Shown here one piece after another: positions 32,384-43,964 of a DNA stretch of 64,000 nt. This DNA comes from Nitrospirota bacterium (GTDB lineage: Bacteria; Nitrospirota; UBA9217). The stretch spans positions 256,001-320,000 of the forward strand of contig CAVUHW010000026.1 in NCBI GenBank assembly GCA_963741205.1, written 5' to 3'. Below the pieces are notes generated by a model. It made no database searches and was not told where the DNA came from. It worked only from the letters and a program-made list of their open reading frames with translations. How positions within the stretch are numbered: position 1 is the stretch's first letter; each line of letters starts with the position of its first letter. The position numbers and the translations under genes were made by a program.

Positions 32384-32954
32384 TCAAGGCGCCTGCCTGC
32401 GCTCGTAGATGACGGCGCCTATGACTTTTGCCAGATCCTTATTCGTGTACGGCTTGACGAGGACCCCGGAAAATCCGTAACCCTGGTAGTCGGATATGAT
32501 AGGGTCATCCGAATAGCCGCTTGAAACGATGGCCTTCACATGCGGGTCGAAAGCGAGCAGTTCCCTGATGAGTTCCTTGCCGCCCATCTTTCCCGGGACC
32601 GTCAGGTCCGTGACGACCGCGTCAAAGGGGGCGCCGGACTCATGTGCTTTCTTGTACGCGTCAAGCGCCTCTTCACCGCTTGGGACGGAAACGACGCGGT
32701 GTCCGAGGTACTCCAGCATATCCGCTATGACGGCCCGTATGGTCGTCGTCCATGAGAAGAATGCTTCCCGTGACGCTCAGGGACGGTCTCTCAGCGGTCC
32801 GTTGCGTGTTTCGCTTTTCAAGGACCGCGAGGCAGATAAATCGTAAACGTCGTGCCCCCATGTCAGTTTCATCCAGGCCTTCCGCGGCCTCGCGGCATTC
32901 CTTCTCCGGGTCCCGAGGCGAATTGTTTTTGCCCTTATTGTCCGTAAAATCCAT
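32384..32954 (-). CDS. Response regulator (hybrid-kinase-type REC domain with N-terminal extension), frameshifted
   Basis: ILLMDDD joined to MLEYLGH..DAVVTDLTVPGKMGG..IVSSGYSDDP..LVKPY. Confidence 0.8.
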
Positions 32955-33009
32955 GACGGATTATAGCTTTTTTTCTGTCTCTTCGCAAGAGTTTCGGGGA
33001 CGTGTTTCT

Positions 33010-33180
33010 TTTCCAGCAGCTTCGCCGACGGACAGGAGAAGTTTAATAACAGCCTCCGCTCGGTGGGATAGAGCATCGTTCATGAGAGGAACAACCTCCG
33101 GTGAGTCCAAGCGATCGTAGCCAAGCCATTGCCTCACGTGAGTCCGGTTTTTCTGCTCGATGTAAACATTATCCTCTTTA
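33010..33180 (-). mobile_element. Transposase/integrase-core remnant (IS fragment)
   Basis: EDNVYIEQKNRTHVRQWLGYDRLD..LMND..LLNF resembles the NDNAHVEQKN..VR..GY.R motif of rve-type IS transposases; no start codon or ends. Confidence 0.7.
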
Positions 33181-33251
33181 ATTAAACACGCATTATGAGT
33201 CAACGATACTTTTAGTAACACTTATTGTGAGTAAATTCGTATCGTCATGCC

Positions 33252-33280
33252 TTGACTTGATCGAACAACGTTCCTATAAT
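33252..33280 (+). promoter_or_regulatory. Sigma70-type promoter
   Basis: TTGACT-17 nt-TATAAT. Confidence 0.75.
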
Positions 33281-33476
33281 TCTTACGAGCTCCCGCGAAG
33301 CGGCGCAAGAAGTAACATTAAAAAACGAATCCGCCAGAGCCAAGAGCGAATCACTGAGAGCGCTTGGAAACTGTCGTCGCATGCGCGCATCAACGCGCGG
33401 TCACTTCCCGGGTTCAACCTGCAATATCCGGTGAAACATACCCGCGTCCGACAAGGCGCGAAAAGGATTGGCGTTA

Positions 33477-34151
33477 ATGAGAAAGCTGAGAGCTGTGGTT
33501 ATTGATGACGAAGAGATTATCGTGAACCTGTTCAAGGATTTTTTCTCCACCAGGGGATATGCGGTGCTTTCGTTTACCAGGCCTGTTGTTTGTCCGCTTC
33601 GCGATGTGAAGGGAAATCTCTGCAATTCGGATTACCCTTGTGCTGATGTCATCATCACAGATTTCAAAATGCCCGGCATGAACGGTCTTGAGCTGCTCCA
33701 GGAACAAACCAGGCAAGGATGCAAGTTAAGGCGCGAGAACAAAGCTGTTATGTCGGGGTACCTTGATGCGGAAAGTCACCGGAAGATTCTACAACTGGGA
33801 TACGCATTCTTTCATAAACCGGTCGACTTTTCCAAATTGTCGGCCTGGCTGGATGAGTGCGAAAAAAGGACAGATTTGTCGCTGCCGTTAGGCTCCCGGA
33901 GAAAAGAAACGCGGCATTCAACTCATTATGCGGTGCAGTGTCTGGTGGATCAAACGGACGAAACCGTGGACGGGATAACCGTCGATATCAGCAACAGCGG
34001 GCTCTGCCTCAAGCTGACGAAACCTCTCATCGCAGATCAGACAGTAAACATCAGAACGGCGTCCGCTCTTTTCGCATGCCGTATCGTATCGGTGCGGTGG
34101 GTGAGTATGAATCCGGACGGCTCGTATCTGGCGGGATTATCCTGTCAGTAG
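33477..34151 (+). CDS. Response regulator REC plus PilZ domain
   Basis: VIDDE, IITDFKMPGMNGLEL, FHKP; PilZ motifs RRKETR and DISNSG. Confidence 0.88.
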   Translation: MRKLRAVVIDDEEIIVNLFKDFFSTRGYAVLSFTRPVVCPLRDVKGNLCNSDYPCADVIITDFKMPGMNGLELLQEQTRQGCKLRRENKAVMSGYLDAESHRKILQLGYAFFHKPVDFSKLSAWLDECEKRTDLSLPLGSRRKETRHSTHYAVQCLVDQTDETVDGITVDISNSGLCLKLTKPLIADQTVNIRTASALFACRIVSVRWVSMNPDGSYLAGLSCQ

Positions 34152-34293
34152 AATCCCACATAAGCTCGGTTAGCATCGGTACACGTACTTCAGCAACACA
34201 GCGCCTGTTGTTTTTGCCGTTCACCTTTGATATACTGACACGCCATAGAGCTTGTAAGTTCTAATACATATATCTTAAAAGAGGAGGGACAAG

Positions 34294-34485
34294 ATGGAAA
34301 ATAATTTACGTGAGGAAATTGCAAAGGTGGCCTTTGACCTCCACCAGAAGCGCGGATTGGTTCATGGAAACGATATGCAGGATTGGCTTGAGGCTGAGAG
34401 AATCGTATTAGCTCGTTCTGAAAAGGGTACCGAAAAAGAGAAGGCAAAAAAGTCGACAAAGACCGCACTTAAGAAAAGAAAATAG
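34294..34485 (+). CDS. DUF2934 domain protein
   Basis: EEIAKVAFDLHQKRG..GNDMQDWLEAE. Confidence 0.85.
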   Translation: MENNLREEIAKVAFDLHQKRGLVHGNDMQDWLEAERIVLARSEKGTEKEKAKKSTKTALKKRK

Positions 34486-34543
34486 ACTCTTCTGATGAGC
34501 AGGAGCAAGAAGGATTTTTGAGATAGTCACGCTGAGTTCGCCT

Positions 34544-35599
34544 CTACCGTTTCGGCAAGGAGAAACTGAACGTGCTGCCTATTTCGGGGGTGCTTTCCAC
34601 CCAAATCCGTCCCCCGTGCGACTCGATGTTCGACCTGGCAATGAATAATCCGAGCCCGGACCCTTTTGAGTCCCGGCTTACTCGATAGAATGCGTCGAAT
34701 ATAAAGGGTAGCTGTTCTTTTGAGATGCCTCTGCCCGTATCGGCCACGGAAACAAGTATCGCGTTGTCCCTCTCGGAGATCCTGACGCGGATGGTTCCGC
34801 CCATGCTCGTATATGCTACTGCATTATCCAGGAGGTTCGAAATGATCCGGTCTATCATCGACGGGTCTGCCAGGGTCGACGCAGGGACTTCTCCGGAGAC
34901 TTCAAAGAAGACAGCTATGTTCTTCTTGTCCGCCGCTACTTTCGCGGCCTCGATATTTCTGCGTACGGTCTCTTCCACGTTGAACGGCCGGAATACCGGC
35001 ATATAGGCCTTGGCCTCGATCCGGGAGAATTCGAGAAAGTCCGCCAGCAAGTCCGACACCTTGAAAAGTTCTTCCCGTATGGTTTCGAGATACTTTCTCT
35101 GCTTCTCCGTGAGCACGCCGGCTTTGTCCGAAAGAAGACGCGCTAGGAATCCTCCCGAGACGGCAACCGGATTTTTCATATCGTGAGCGAACATCGACAG
35201 GATGTTCTTCCGGGCCCGTTCCCTTCTCTTGATGTCCGTGACGTCCCTAAAAAGCTCCAGGGCCCCCGCAAGCTCTCCGGCATCGTCGTAGAACGGAGAG
35301 GCCGTCACGGTGACCGTGATATCCTCGCCGCTCTTCTTCTGCGCCGTGACTTCCACGGCAATGATCCGTTCCTGCTGCATGAGAGCCTGCTTAATGAAAA
35401 GACAAGAATCCCCGTCGTGAGCGACGTGGAACATATTCATGTGCGGCTTGCCGACTACCTCGTCTCTCGAATAACCCGTTATCTCTTCCGCGGCAGGATT
35501 GAAATCAGTAACGATGCCGTCCTTGTCGACCAGGGAAAAGCCGATGGGAAGGTTTTGTATGACGGTCTCGTAAATTTTATGTTTTTTCATTGCTGTCAA
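34544..35599 (-). CDS. Cytoplasmic PAS sensor histidine kinase
   Basis: FNPAAEEITGY PAS domain; FAHDMKNP; NLLDNA; DTGRGI; GSGLGLFI. Confidence 0.93.
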   Translation of the reverse strand: MTAMKKHKIYETVIQNLPIGFSLVDKDGIVTDFNPAAEEITGYSRDEVVGKPHMNMFHVAHDGDSCLFIKQALMQQERIIAVEVTAQKKSGEDITVTVTASPFYDDAGELAGALELFRDVTDIKRRERARKNILSMFAHDMKNPVAVSGGFLARLLSDKAGVLTEKQRKYLETIREELFKVSDLLADFLEFSRIEAKAYMPVFRPFNVEETVRRNIEAAKVAADKKNIAVFFEVSGEVPASTLADPSMIDRIISNLLDNAVAYTSMGGTIRVRISERDNAILVSVADTGRGISKEQLPFIFDAFYRVSRDSKGSGLGLFIARSNIESHGGRIWVESTPEIGSTFSFSLPKR

Positions 35600-35840
35600 T
35601 TCTCCGGAATTGCTTCAATATCTCCTTCGATACTATACTATACCACCTTCTGTTATCAGGATTCATCGCCGGTGCAGATCAGCGCGGACGGAAGACCGAC
35701 GGATGAAATAAGCCCGATTTTATCCCTGTGGAGTTTACCCCGTTCGAGAAAGCCGGGCCTCCGGCGTGATTGATTTCTGCCGAATAAAGGTGATGCAGAG
35801 CCGCCATGCGCGGGTGCAAGAAAAGCCGTTCTCTAAGGGG

Positions 35841-35869
35841 TTTACGTCCCTGTCCCTCCGCGTTATAAT
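35841..35869 (+). promoter_or_regulatory. Sigma70 promoter directly before ATG (leaderless candidate)
   Basis: TTTACG-17 nt-TATAAT-6 nt-ATG. Confidence 0.6.
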
Positions 35870-35875
35870 AGTTTC

Positions 35876-36688
35876 ATGAAAACGAAACCGGCAACCGCCC
35901 CACAGTTCATGATCGCCGCAGAACCGTATTATCTCCCCGTAGGCAAGGAAGTGGAGCTCTTCGATGCCGCGTACCGGCACCAGATTCCCGTGCTCCTGAA
36001 AGGTCCCACGGGCTGCGGCAAGACTCGGTTTATGCAGTATATGGCCTGGAAGCTCAGGCGGCCGCTCGTAACCGTCTCATGCCATGACGACCTCACAGCC
36101 TCGGACCTCGTGGGGCGCTACCTCGTGCGCGGCGGGGAAACAGTCTGGATGGACGGGCCGCTCACCACCGCGGTGAAGACCGGCGGGTTTTGCTACCTCG
36201 ACGAGATCGTGGAGGCGCGGAAGGACACCACCGTGGTAATACATCCGCTGGCCGACGACCGGAGGATACTTCCCATCGAGAAGAAAGGAGAGGTCTTGCA
36301 TGCCCCTCCGGAGTTTCTCATCGCTATCTCCTATAACCCCGGCTACCAGAGCGTACTCAAGGACCTCAAACAGAGTACCCGCCAGCGGTTCCTCGCCATG
36401 GAGTTCACCTATCCCCACCAGGAGCTCGAAGCCGAGATCGTGATGCATGAGTCCGGCGTGAACGAGGACACGGCGAAGCGGCTCGTGAGCTTCGCCCAAA
36501 AAACGCGGAACCTCAAAGACCGGGGATTGACCGAGGGAGCGAGCACCAGGCTCCTGGTCTACGCGGGCAAACTTATCACCGCCGGGATCGACCGGCAAAA
36601 AGCCTGCGAGACTGCTGTGGCCCAGCCGCTCACCGATGACCATGAGATGCTGGGATCGCTGGCTGAGATCATCAGCGCGCTGTTTTGA
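35876..36688 (+). CDS. CbbQ/NirQ/NorQ family MoxR AAA+ ATPase
   Basis: [45 protein letters not shown] and STRLLVYAG. Confidence 0.95.
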   Translation: MKTKPATAPQFMIAAEPYYLPVGKEVELFDAAYRHQIPVLLKGPTGCGKTRFMQYMAWKLRRPLVTVSCHDDLTASDLVGRYLVRGGETVWMDGPLTTAVKTGGFCYLDEIVEARKDTTVVIHPLADDRRILPIEKKGEVLHAPPEFLIAISYNPGYQSVLKDLKQSTRQRFLAMEFTYPHQELEAEIVMHESGVNEDTAKRLVSFAQKTRNLKDRGLTEGASTRLLVYAGKLITAGIDRQKACETAVAQPLTDDHEMLGSLAEIISALF

Positions 36689-36769
36689 ACCAATATCTAT
36701 GATGCAGGATTCACGATGCATGATCCATGATAACAACATCCTGTATCATGCATCCGGTATCGGTGTCAC

Positions 36770-39023
36770 ATGAAGCATATCTCCGATAAGCAGACCAAAG
36801 ACCTGCGCACGGCCTTCGTCAGGAATCTGGACCTCGACTTTTTCGAAGAAGACGAGATTGAGTATGTTCTGGGGGAGATCGACTCCTTCGAACAACCTGC
36901 GAGACAGAAGGTCCTCGCCCTCTGCCTCGCCCTTTCGAGCGCCAGTTCCTCCCTTGTGCCCCGCGTGCTCTCCCACATCAGGTCCGCCTCGGAGTTGCTG
37001 CCGATCGAGGACCTGGACCAATGGGTAAGCACGGCCTTCGACCTTCTCGATTCGCAGGGAATCGACCAGGCCCTGGCCTTCCTCGGGAAGATCAGCGAAG
37101 CTGAACTTGCCGCGTTTACAGTCCCCGAAGGGGTCAGTTTTCGCGATACGGCCGCAACGCTCGAAACATTCCTGCGGGGAATGTCCGGACTCGACCTCAA
37201 GGTGGCCCCTGACCATGACCAGTATACGGACACCGTAACCGTCTATTTCCCTTTCCTGGTGAACAAGTTTCCGGAGCGAGCGAAGAACGTTCTCCTGTAC
37301 AAGCTCTCCGCCGCGTATGCGTGGGCCCAGATCTCCCAGGGGACCCTCACCTTGGACGTGGACGTTTCGGCGCTTACGCAGCGCTTTCCGGACTACCCGC
37401 TGGACCATCCGGACATCGACGCCTTTTTTTCTCAATTTCCCGATCGGGAACTGGCCGTGGACCTCTATACAATCCTCGAGGCGTTCCGGCTTGAGCCGTT
37501 CCTCCGGAGGGAGCTTCCCGGACTCATGAGAGAGGCCGAGGGCATCTTGCCGGCCTTGTTCGAGGACCGGCCCGGGCTTGACAAATTATCGGAAAAAACC
37601 GCGTTCGTCGAGGCGCTCTATCAGCACTTCCTGGGAAAGCGGACAAGGGGCGCACCCCCTGGAGCGTACAGGGACTCCCTGAAGAAACTTCGGGTCCTTG
37701 CCCAAGGCCCCGGCGTTAACGAGGGCATCGATGCTCTCATTCGTTTGTACCGCGCGGCCACGGCCCTCGCGGGCGCATACGAGCCGCGGCAGCCGCTGCC
37801 CTTCTTCGGAACGATACGGCCGGAAAAGGTATCGCGCGCGCAGAACGAGCTAAGACAGGCGCGCAGAGCGAAACTCGAAGCACTGGTCACGAGGCTGATC
37901 GATTTGCCGGAGGCCGGGCCGCGGGAACGGACCATTGCTGAACCCCTCCCCCGGGAACGCAGGGCCGGAGCCGGAGAAGGAGTATCTCCTGATCAGGGGG
38001 AGGCTCATCGAGATGGACGAGGAACTGAAAGAGGTGATCGAGAAGCGTGGCGGAGTCCCCGGCGGCATCCTGGTGAAGGGAAACGAGATGGGCGGCGGGA
38101 GCCCGGTGAACCTCACGGACCTCATCGAGGAGGAAGAAGTTGCCGGGACAGGAGGCGGGATCAAATACGATGAATGGGACTACAAAAGAGGAGGCTATAG
38201 GAAAGGCTGGTGCAGCCTGTACGAGCACGACATCCATCCGGGCCACGAACCAGTCGTGGAGCAGACGCTCAGAAAGTACGGAGGATACGTGAACGTGCTG
38301 CGGAAGAAATTCGAGCTTTTGAAGCGGGAGCCGCGGACGCAGCGCCGCCAGAAGGATGGTGAAGACATCGACCTCGACGCCGTGATCGAGGCCTTCTCGG
38401 ACATGCGCGCGGGACTCTCGCCAACGGAGGACCTCTTCACGAGACTCGACCGCGCGGAGCGGAACATTGCGGTGTTGTTCCTCATCGACATGAGCGGGTC
38501 CACCAAGGGATGGGTAAACGAGGCGGAGAAGGAGTCCCTGGTACTCATGGCCGAAGCGCTGGAAACGCTCGGAGACCGCTACGCGATATACGGGTTCTCG
38601 GGCATGACCAGGAACCGGTGCGACCTGTACCGGGTGAAGGGTTTTGACGAGCCGTACGCCGAGAGCGTGAAACGGCGCATCGCGGGGATAGAACCCAAGG
38701 ACTACACGCGTATGGGCCCCTTTATCCGTCATGCCGTAAAAGTTCTCAAAGCAGTGGAAGCGAGGACCAGGCTCCTCATCACCTTGAGCGACGGCAAGCC
38801 CGAGGATTGGGACGCCTACAAGGGAGATTACGGCATCGAGGACACCAGAAAGTCGCTCCTGGAGGCCCGCGAGCAGGGCATCCACCCCTTCTGCATCACC
38901 ATCGACAAGGAGGCACAGTCCTATCTCCCCCACATGTACGGCGAGATCAACTACATCTTCATCGACGACGTGCGCAAGCTCCCGAACAGGATTACGGAGA
39001 TCTACCGGAGATTGACGTCGTAA
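36770..39023 (+). CDS. NorD/CbbO-type VWA domain activation protein, frameshifted near 37950
   Basis: YDEWDY, DGEDIDLDA, MIDAS DMSGST, YTRMG and LSDGKPED..Y.G.YGIEDTR. Confidence 0.9.
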
Positions 39024-39094
39024 GCACGTAAGAGGCGAAAACAGACCGTAAAGAAGCGAGCCCCATTCCCCCTCTTCATTGGTATAATTGTTTC

Positions 39095-40805
39095 ATGTCC
39101 CTCTTTGAACGCACGTGGATCCAGCCATTCAAGAGGATCATTGAACTGCTTGACCCCACTCGCCTGTCTCTACCATCGTTCCTTGCGGTGTCCCTTGTTC
39201 TTTGGGCCATATTGACTTTGTCCAGTCTCGGCGTCGCTCCACTTTTCGATTATGATGAGACGGCGCATGCCCAAACTGCCGTGGAGATGCTGAGGGATGG
39301 AAAGTGGCTGCTCCCTACCATGAACGGCCAGCCGTTTTATGAAAAGCCGGCCTTCCTGTTCTATTTCATGAGCGCCTCCTTTACGCTCTTTGGCGAGAAT
39401 GCCTTCGCCGCCAGATTGCCATCTGCCCTGTTCACGCTCGCTACCGCTCTTTATTTATATTACATGGGCAGGCGCATCGGTCGGTCCCAAGTGGGTATGA
39501 CAGCTGCGCTGATCTACCTGAGCATGCTCATGCCGGCTTTACTCGCTCATGCAGCCATCCTTGACGCCACGTTAAACTTCTGGATCGCGGTCAGCGTAAT
39601 GAGCTTCTTTCTATGGCGACAGAGCGGACGGCTTCATGATGCTGTTCTTTCCATGCTTGCCGCAGGGATTGCGGTGAGCGTCAAGGGGCCGGTGGGGGCG
39701 GTCATTCCTTTCTTGGTCATCATTTTAGACCGCCTTGCAGCTGAGGATTTTGCAAACAGCCTGCACCTCTTTCCCTGGAAATGGGGAATACCGGCGTTTT
39801 TTGCGGGAGCACTGCCGTGGTATATGCTCGTGAGCGTAAAATATGGTTTTGGATTCCTCAGAGAGTTCATCCTGGTTGAAAACGTTCATCGTTTCACTCA
39901 TGCCATGGAAGGGCACGGCGGCGGCTGGTATTATTATCTTCTCATCCTCATTCCGAGTACCCTGCCCTGGGTTGCATGGCTTCCCTGGTGGTTGAAGCAG
40001 TCCATAAGCCGCTGGACAGACCGTGATGATCTTGGCCGGATATCGCGCATGAGCTTGATTTGGACGACAGCAGTCATTACCCTCTTTTCCTTCTCACAGA
40101 CCAAACTGCCGCATTATATATCAAGCATCTATCCGGCAATGGCGCTGGGGATCAGCGCTCAGTGGTACAGGCAAGAGCCTGGTCGTTCATGGATCCGCGC
40201 AGCAATGCTTATAGTGATGATTGTCTGTATCCCTCTTGCTCTGGCGCTTATGGCGCTGCCGAATCTTTACCCATATATCGCGGGCATGGTAAAGCACCCG
40301 CACGCTGTAGCCATCATGACCCAGGGTTTCCGGCCAAGCTTCTGGATACCTGCTGCGGGGGCAATCTTGTTTGTTTCGCTCTTCTGCCTTCTGTGGCAGA
40401 CGAGGCATTCACCTTCGAGCACGGCGCTAACCCGGTTTATCCTGCTCGGCCTTCTTCTGCAAGCATCCCTGATCTGGTCAATTGCACCATGGACCGGCCG
40501 TCTCATGCAGAGCGCAGCTGCTCGATATCGCAGCGAAGATACGTACATATCCTCCTTCGGTGCCTGTCTACAGCGTGGTCAATTGTCCGTCCGTTTCATT
40601 TTACAGCGGACGCTCTTATCATGAAATGAAAGCAGGAGACCTTGAACAGCTCGCCTCCTCATCCGCCCCTTACTTATTAATAGCCCGCACGACAAGCAGC
40701 GCAGACATGTCATTTCTGCCTCTTGAGGTAGTTGTAAGTGATAAAGATTTTGTTCTATTCCGGAATGCCCGCGCACATCATTCAGACCATGTGCATTCCG
40801 ATTAA
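39095..40805 (+). CDS. ArnT-like GT39/83 glycosyltransferase, frameshifted near 40510
   Basis: FDYDETAHAQ..EM, YEKP, AARLPSAL, KGPVG and KLPHYI. Confidence 0.88.
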
Positions 40806-40920
40806 TTTTGGACGTGATTCTGAATAATACCGGACAGACAATCGGTTTTATCCCATACGAAAAAGGGGCATGAATAAATACGTGAGGTAAAATCCCGCAG
40901 CGTCTATCATAAATATCGAT

Positions 40921-42178
40921 ATGACCTCCTCTCTCGATTCACATGAACCACAGGAGATTCTCCGGCACCGTCCGTTTGTCCTGTTCTGGTTTGCACGGGT
41001 GGCGTCCATGGTCGCCTTCCAGATGCAGGCCGTTGCCGTGGGTTGGCAGATCTACGCCCTCACCGGCAGTGCGTTGTATCTCGGCCTCGTCGGGCTTGCG
41101 CAGTTCCTGCCCATGTTCCTCCTGACGCTCGCCGTGGGTCACGTTGCAGACCGGTATGATCGCCGATCCATTGCACGGCTCTGTCAGATCATAGAAGGCC
41201 TGGCCGCGTTCGCGCTGGCTTGGGGGAGCGCCGCCGGCTGGCAGAGCAAGGAGACCATCCTCGTAATCATGTTCGTCATCGGCGCCGTGCACGCCTTCGA
41301 AGGGCCGACCATGCAGTCGCTCCTGCCCGGACTTGGTACCGGTCCCGCTTCTTCCGCGGGCGCTTGCCTGGTCCGCGTCGGCAATGCAGACCGCAACCAT
41401 TGTCGGGCCTGCACTCGGCGGTCTCTTGTATACCGTAGGCCCGACCGAGGTCTATGCAGCGGCTGGGCTCCTGTTTCTGGTTGCAAGCGCATTTCTCGGG
41501 CTCATCCGCTCCGTCCGCGCTCCCGTCATACGCGAACCTGCAAGCATCAAATCGGTGTTCGCCGGCATCGCCTTCATCCGCAGTCGCCCCGAGATCTTCG
41601 GCGCCATATCCCTCGACCTCTTTGCCGTGCTTTTGGGCGGTGCTACGGCCCTCTTGCCGATCTATGCCCGTGACATCCTGATAACCGGACCGTGGGGGCT
41701 GGGCCTTCTCCGTTCGGCGCCTGCGGTGGGCGCCCTCGCCATGTCCCTTTTCCTGGCGCGCCATCCGCTCAAGCGCCGCGTAGGAAGGACGATGTTCAAT
41801 GCCGTGGCGATCTTCGGCGTCGCAACGATTGTGTTCGCTCTGTCGACATCCTTCCTCCTGTCCCTGGCCGCCCTTGCCGTGCTCGGAGCCGCCGACGTGA
41901 TCAGCGTCGTCATCAGACACTCGCTCGTCCAGATCAAGACGCCAGACGAAATGCGGGGCCGGGTAAGCGCCGTTAACTCCTTGTTCATCGGAACATCGAA
42001 CCAACTGGGAGAGTTCGAGTCAGGAATCACCGCAGCCTGGTTCGGCGCTGTTTTCGCCGTTCTCATCGGCGGAGTCGGCACGCTCATCGTCGTAGCGCTC
42101 TGGATGCGAATATTCCCGCAGCTCCTTCAGACCGACACCTTGGATTCGGGGAAGGATCATCCAGAAATCTTGACCTGA
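40921..42178 (+). CDS. MFS transporter (EntS/DUF894-like), frameshifted near 41335
   Basis: GHVADRYDRR, ISLDLFAVLLGGATALLPIYA and TPDEMRGRVSAVNSLFIGTSNQLGEFESG. Confidence 0.92.
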
Positions 42179-42362
42179 TAAAACCTGGCATTACTGATCG
42201 AGTGGAACTCAATACAGCTAATTATTGATCGGCGGTTCCTGGCAATGGATCTCTGCAAAGTTGCTGCTGCTTTCCAGAAGATTTGAACGGGGCATTATTC
42301 AAATGACCGTCGGTTTCAGCCGTCCTGTGGTTGCGACAGACAGGTTTTGTTATTTGACGCAA

Positions 42363-43130
42363 TTACAGATTGAGATGTGAATGAGCGTAGCGCAACGGAT
42401 CTGCTGAGACCTTGATCACGCCTTCAAAGGGCGCACCCATCTCTAACAGAATAAATATAGCTGTACCAACAGACAGCGCACAAACGAAGAGGACCGCGAG
42501 GACCATGGCGTTCCTCGGGGCAAACAACCCAAAGCTCACGAATATGATCGTGAGCCAGAACAAGAGAATCACAAGGAACGGAACAGGAACTGACGTCTCC
42601 GTGTCTGTGAGCACAAGCCACCTCTCTTGCAACAAGGCCTCGATGAGGTTGCGCGCACGGGACTGGAGTGCCCGCTGGGAGTCGTCCTGTGGCTTTAGAT
42701 TGTTGATTGCGTTTGCGACTTTCTCCGCCGCGAACCCTGATTCCGAGCGCATCGAGTCCAAATTTCCTGGCTTGGATGAGCCCTGCGGCCAAATCAAGTC
42801 GATCCGGGCCCCGATCACTTGGTGCAAACCCTTGCGAATATCAGCAGTCTCGGAGCCATAGCGGGCAAGTACACGGTCGAGCGTGAGGATGTTAACGGCG
42901 GTTTGTTTCACGGCTGTGTTCACTGCATCAAAGGAACTCTTGGCTGAAGCAGTGACGAGGCCAAGAACGAGCGCGGTCATCGTGGCGATGAGCCCGATGC
43001 CGACCTTTACCGTGTCTCGCGACTCAGCTTCGAAGTGATGTCCTGGCAGGGCTGTGCGCAACCACATTCCGAGCAGCGCGCCGCCGAAAGTACATGTGAA
43101 CGTGATCATGCCGATAATAGTAGGATTCAT
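42363..43130 (-). CDS. DUF4239 (bestrophin-like) membrane protein
   Basis: GLIATMTALVLGLVTASAKSSFD..LDRVLARYG..IFILLEMGAPFEG. Confidence 0.75.
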   Translation of the reverse strand: MNPTIIGMITFTCTFGGALLGMWLRTALPGHHFEAESRDTVKVGIGLIATMTALVLGLVTASAKSSFDAVNTAVKQTAVNILTLDRVLARYGSETADIRKGLHQVIGARIDLIWPQGSSKPGNLDSMRSESGFAAEKVANAINNLKPQDDSQRALQSRARNLIEALLQERWLVLTDTETSVPVPFLVILLFWLTIIFVSFGLFAPRNAMVLAVLFVCALSVGTAIFILLEMGAPFEGVIKVSADPLRYAHSHLNL

Positions 43131-43439
43131 GGTCCTGCCTCCAACTCCGCCTCGCTGCCTAAACAAGTAAGTATCGTAAGTACCGTGCCCCCCTCGCAAA
43201 CACCGGATTTCGGATATTGGTGAGTTTGTGAGAAGCTATGCGTGTCATGAGTTTATGATACCAAAACCAGGGGGAATTGGGTAACACTGATCCCTCAATG
43301 GAAGATGGGAGAAAGATTCGCAAGACAATAACTTCGAAATGAAGTTGACAATGTTTCACCGCATGAGAAATCCAACGGCATAGGGTGGAAATGTTGAAAG
43401 TTACCGAGTGAATATTGAAGGATTCAAAAGGATTGGAAC

Positions 43440-43467
43440 ACACCCGGCTGTGGAATAAGCCGGGTGT
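43440..43467. terminator. Stem-loop downstream of cytochrome gene
   Basis: acacccggct-N8-agccgggtgt. Confidence 0.55.
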
Positions 43468-43487
43468 CAGGGATTTAAAGGTATTTA

Positions 43488-43964
43488 TTACTTCAAAGGT
43501 TTAGAAAGAACATAGTCCCTATCTTTCGCGCCTTCGTGGCAGGAGAGGCAATCCTTTTTAGGGTCCTTGTCGAGCATCTTGCCGTCCGCGCTGAAAGCAT
43601 ACCACTCCCACCCGCCCGTTTGCTGCATCTTGGAATTTTTCTTCATGACTGGGAAGAAGGCGCGCTTGCCCTCGTTCAAAATGCCTCCGCTCTCTACAAT
43701 TTCATAAACTGCGTCCACGATGACGGTTCCGTCAGGATATTTCCCGCCCTTTTCGAATGCTGCAAGCCCTTTACTATTCATGTAGAAGTGATGGATGCCA
43801 TGGAGCGGATGTTCCTTGTCGGTAACGATCAGGGAGCCGATATGCCGGTAAGTCTCCCAATCCTTGGGAAGTACCATGCCCTTTTGCGTCTCGGCCGATA
43901 CGGCGACGACGAGCGCACCTAAACTAAAATAGATTGCCGTGATGAAGATGAATAATTTTTTCAT
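43488..43964 (-). CDS. Cytochrome P460 family / cytochrome c'-beta, periplasmic monoheme
   Basis: Signal peptide, YPDGTVIV, VMKK..TGGWEW.AF and C-terminal CLSCH..DYVLS. Confidence 0.88.
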   Translation of the reverse strand: MKKLFIFITAIYFSLGALVVAVSAETQKGMVLPKDWETYRHIGSLIVTDKEHPLHGIHHFYMNSKGLAAFEKGGKYPDGTVIVDAVYEIVESGGILNEGKRAFFPVMKKNSKMQQTGGWEWYAFSADGKMLDKDPKKDCLSCHEGAKDRDYVLSKPLK

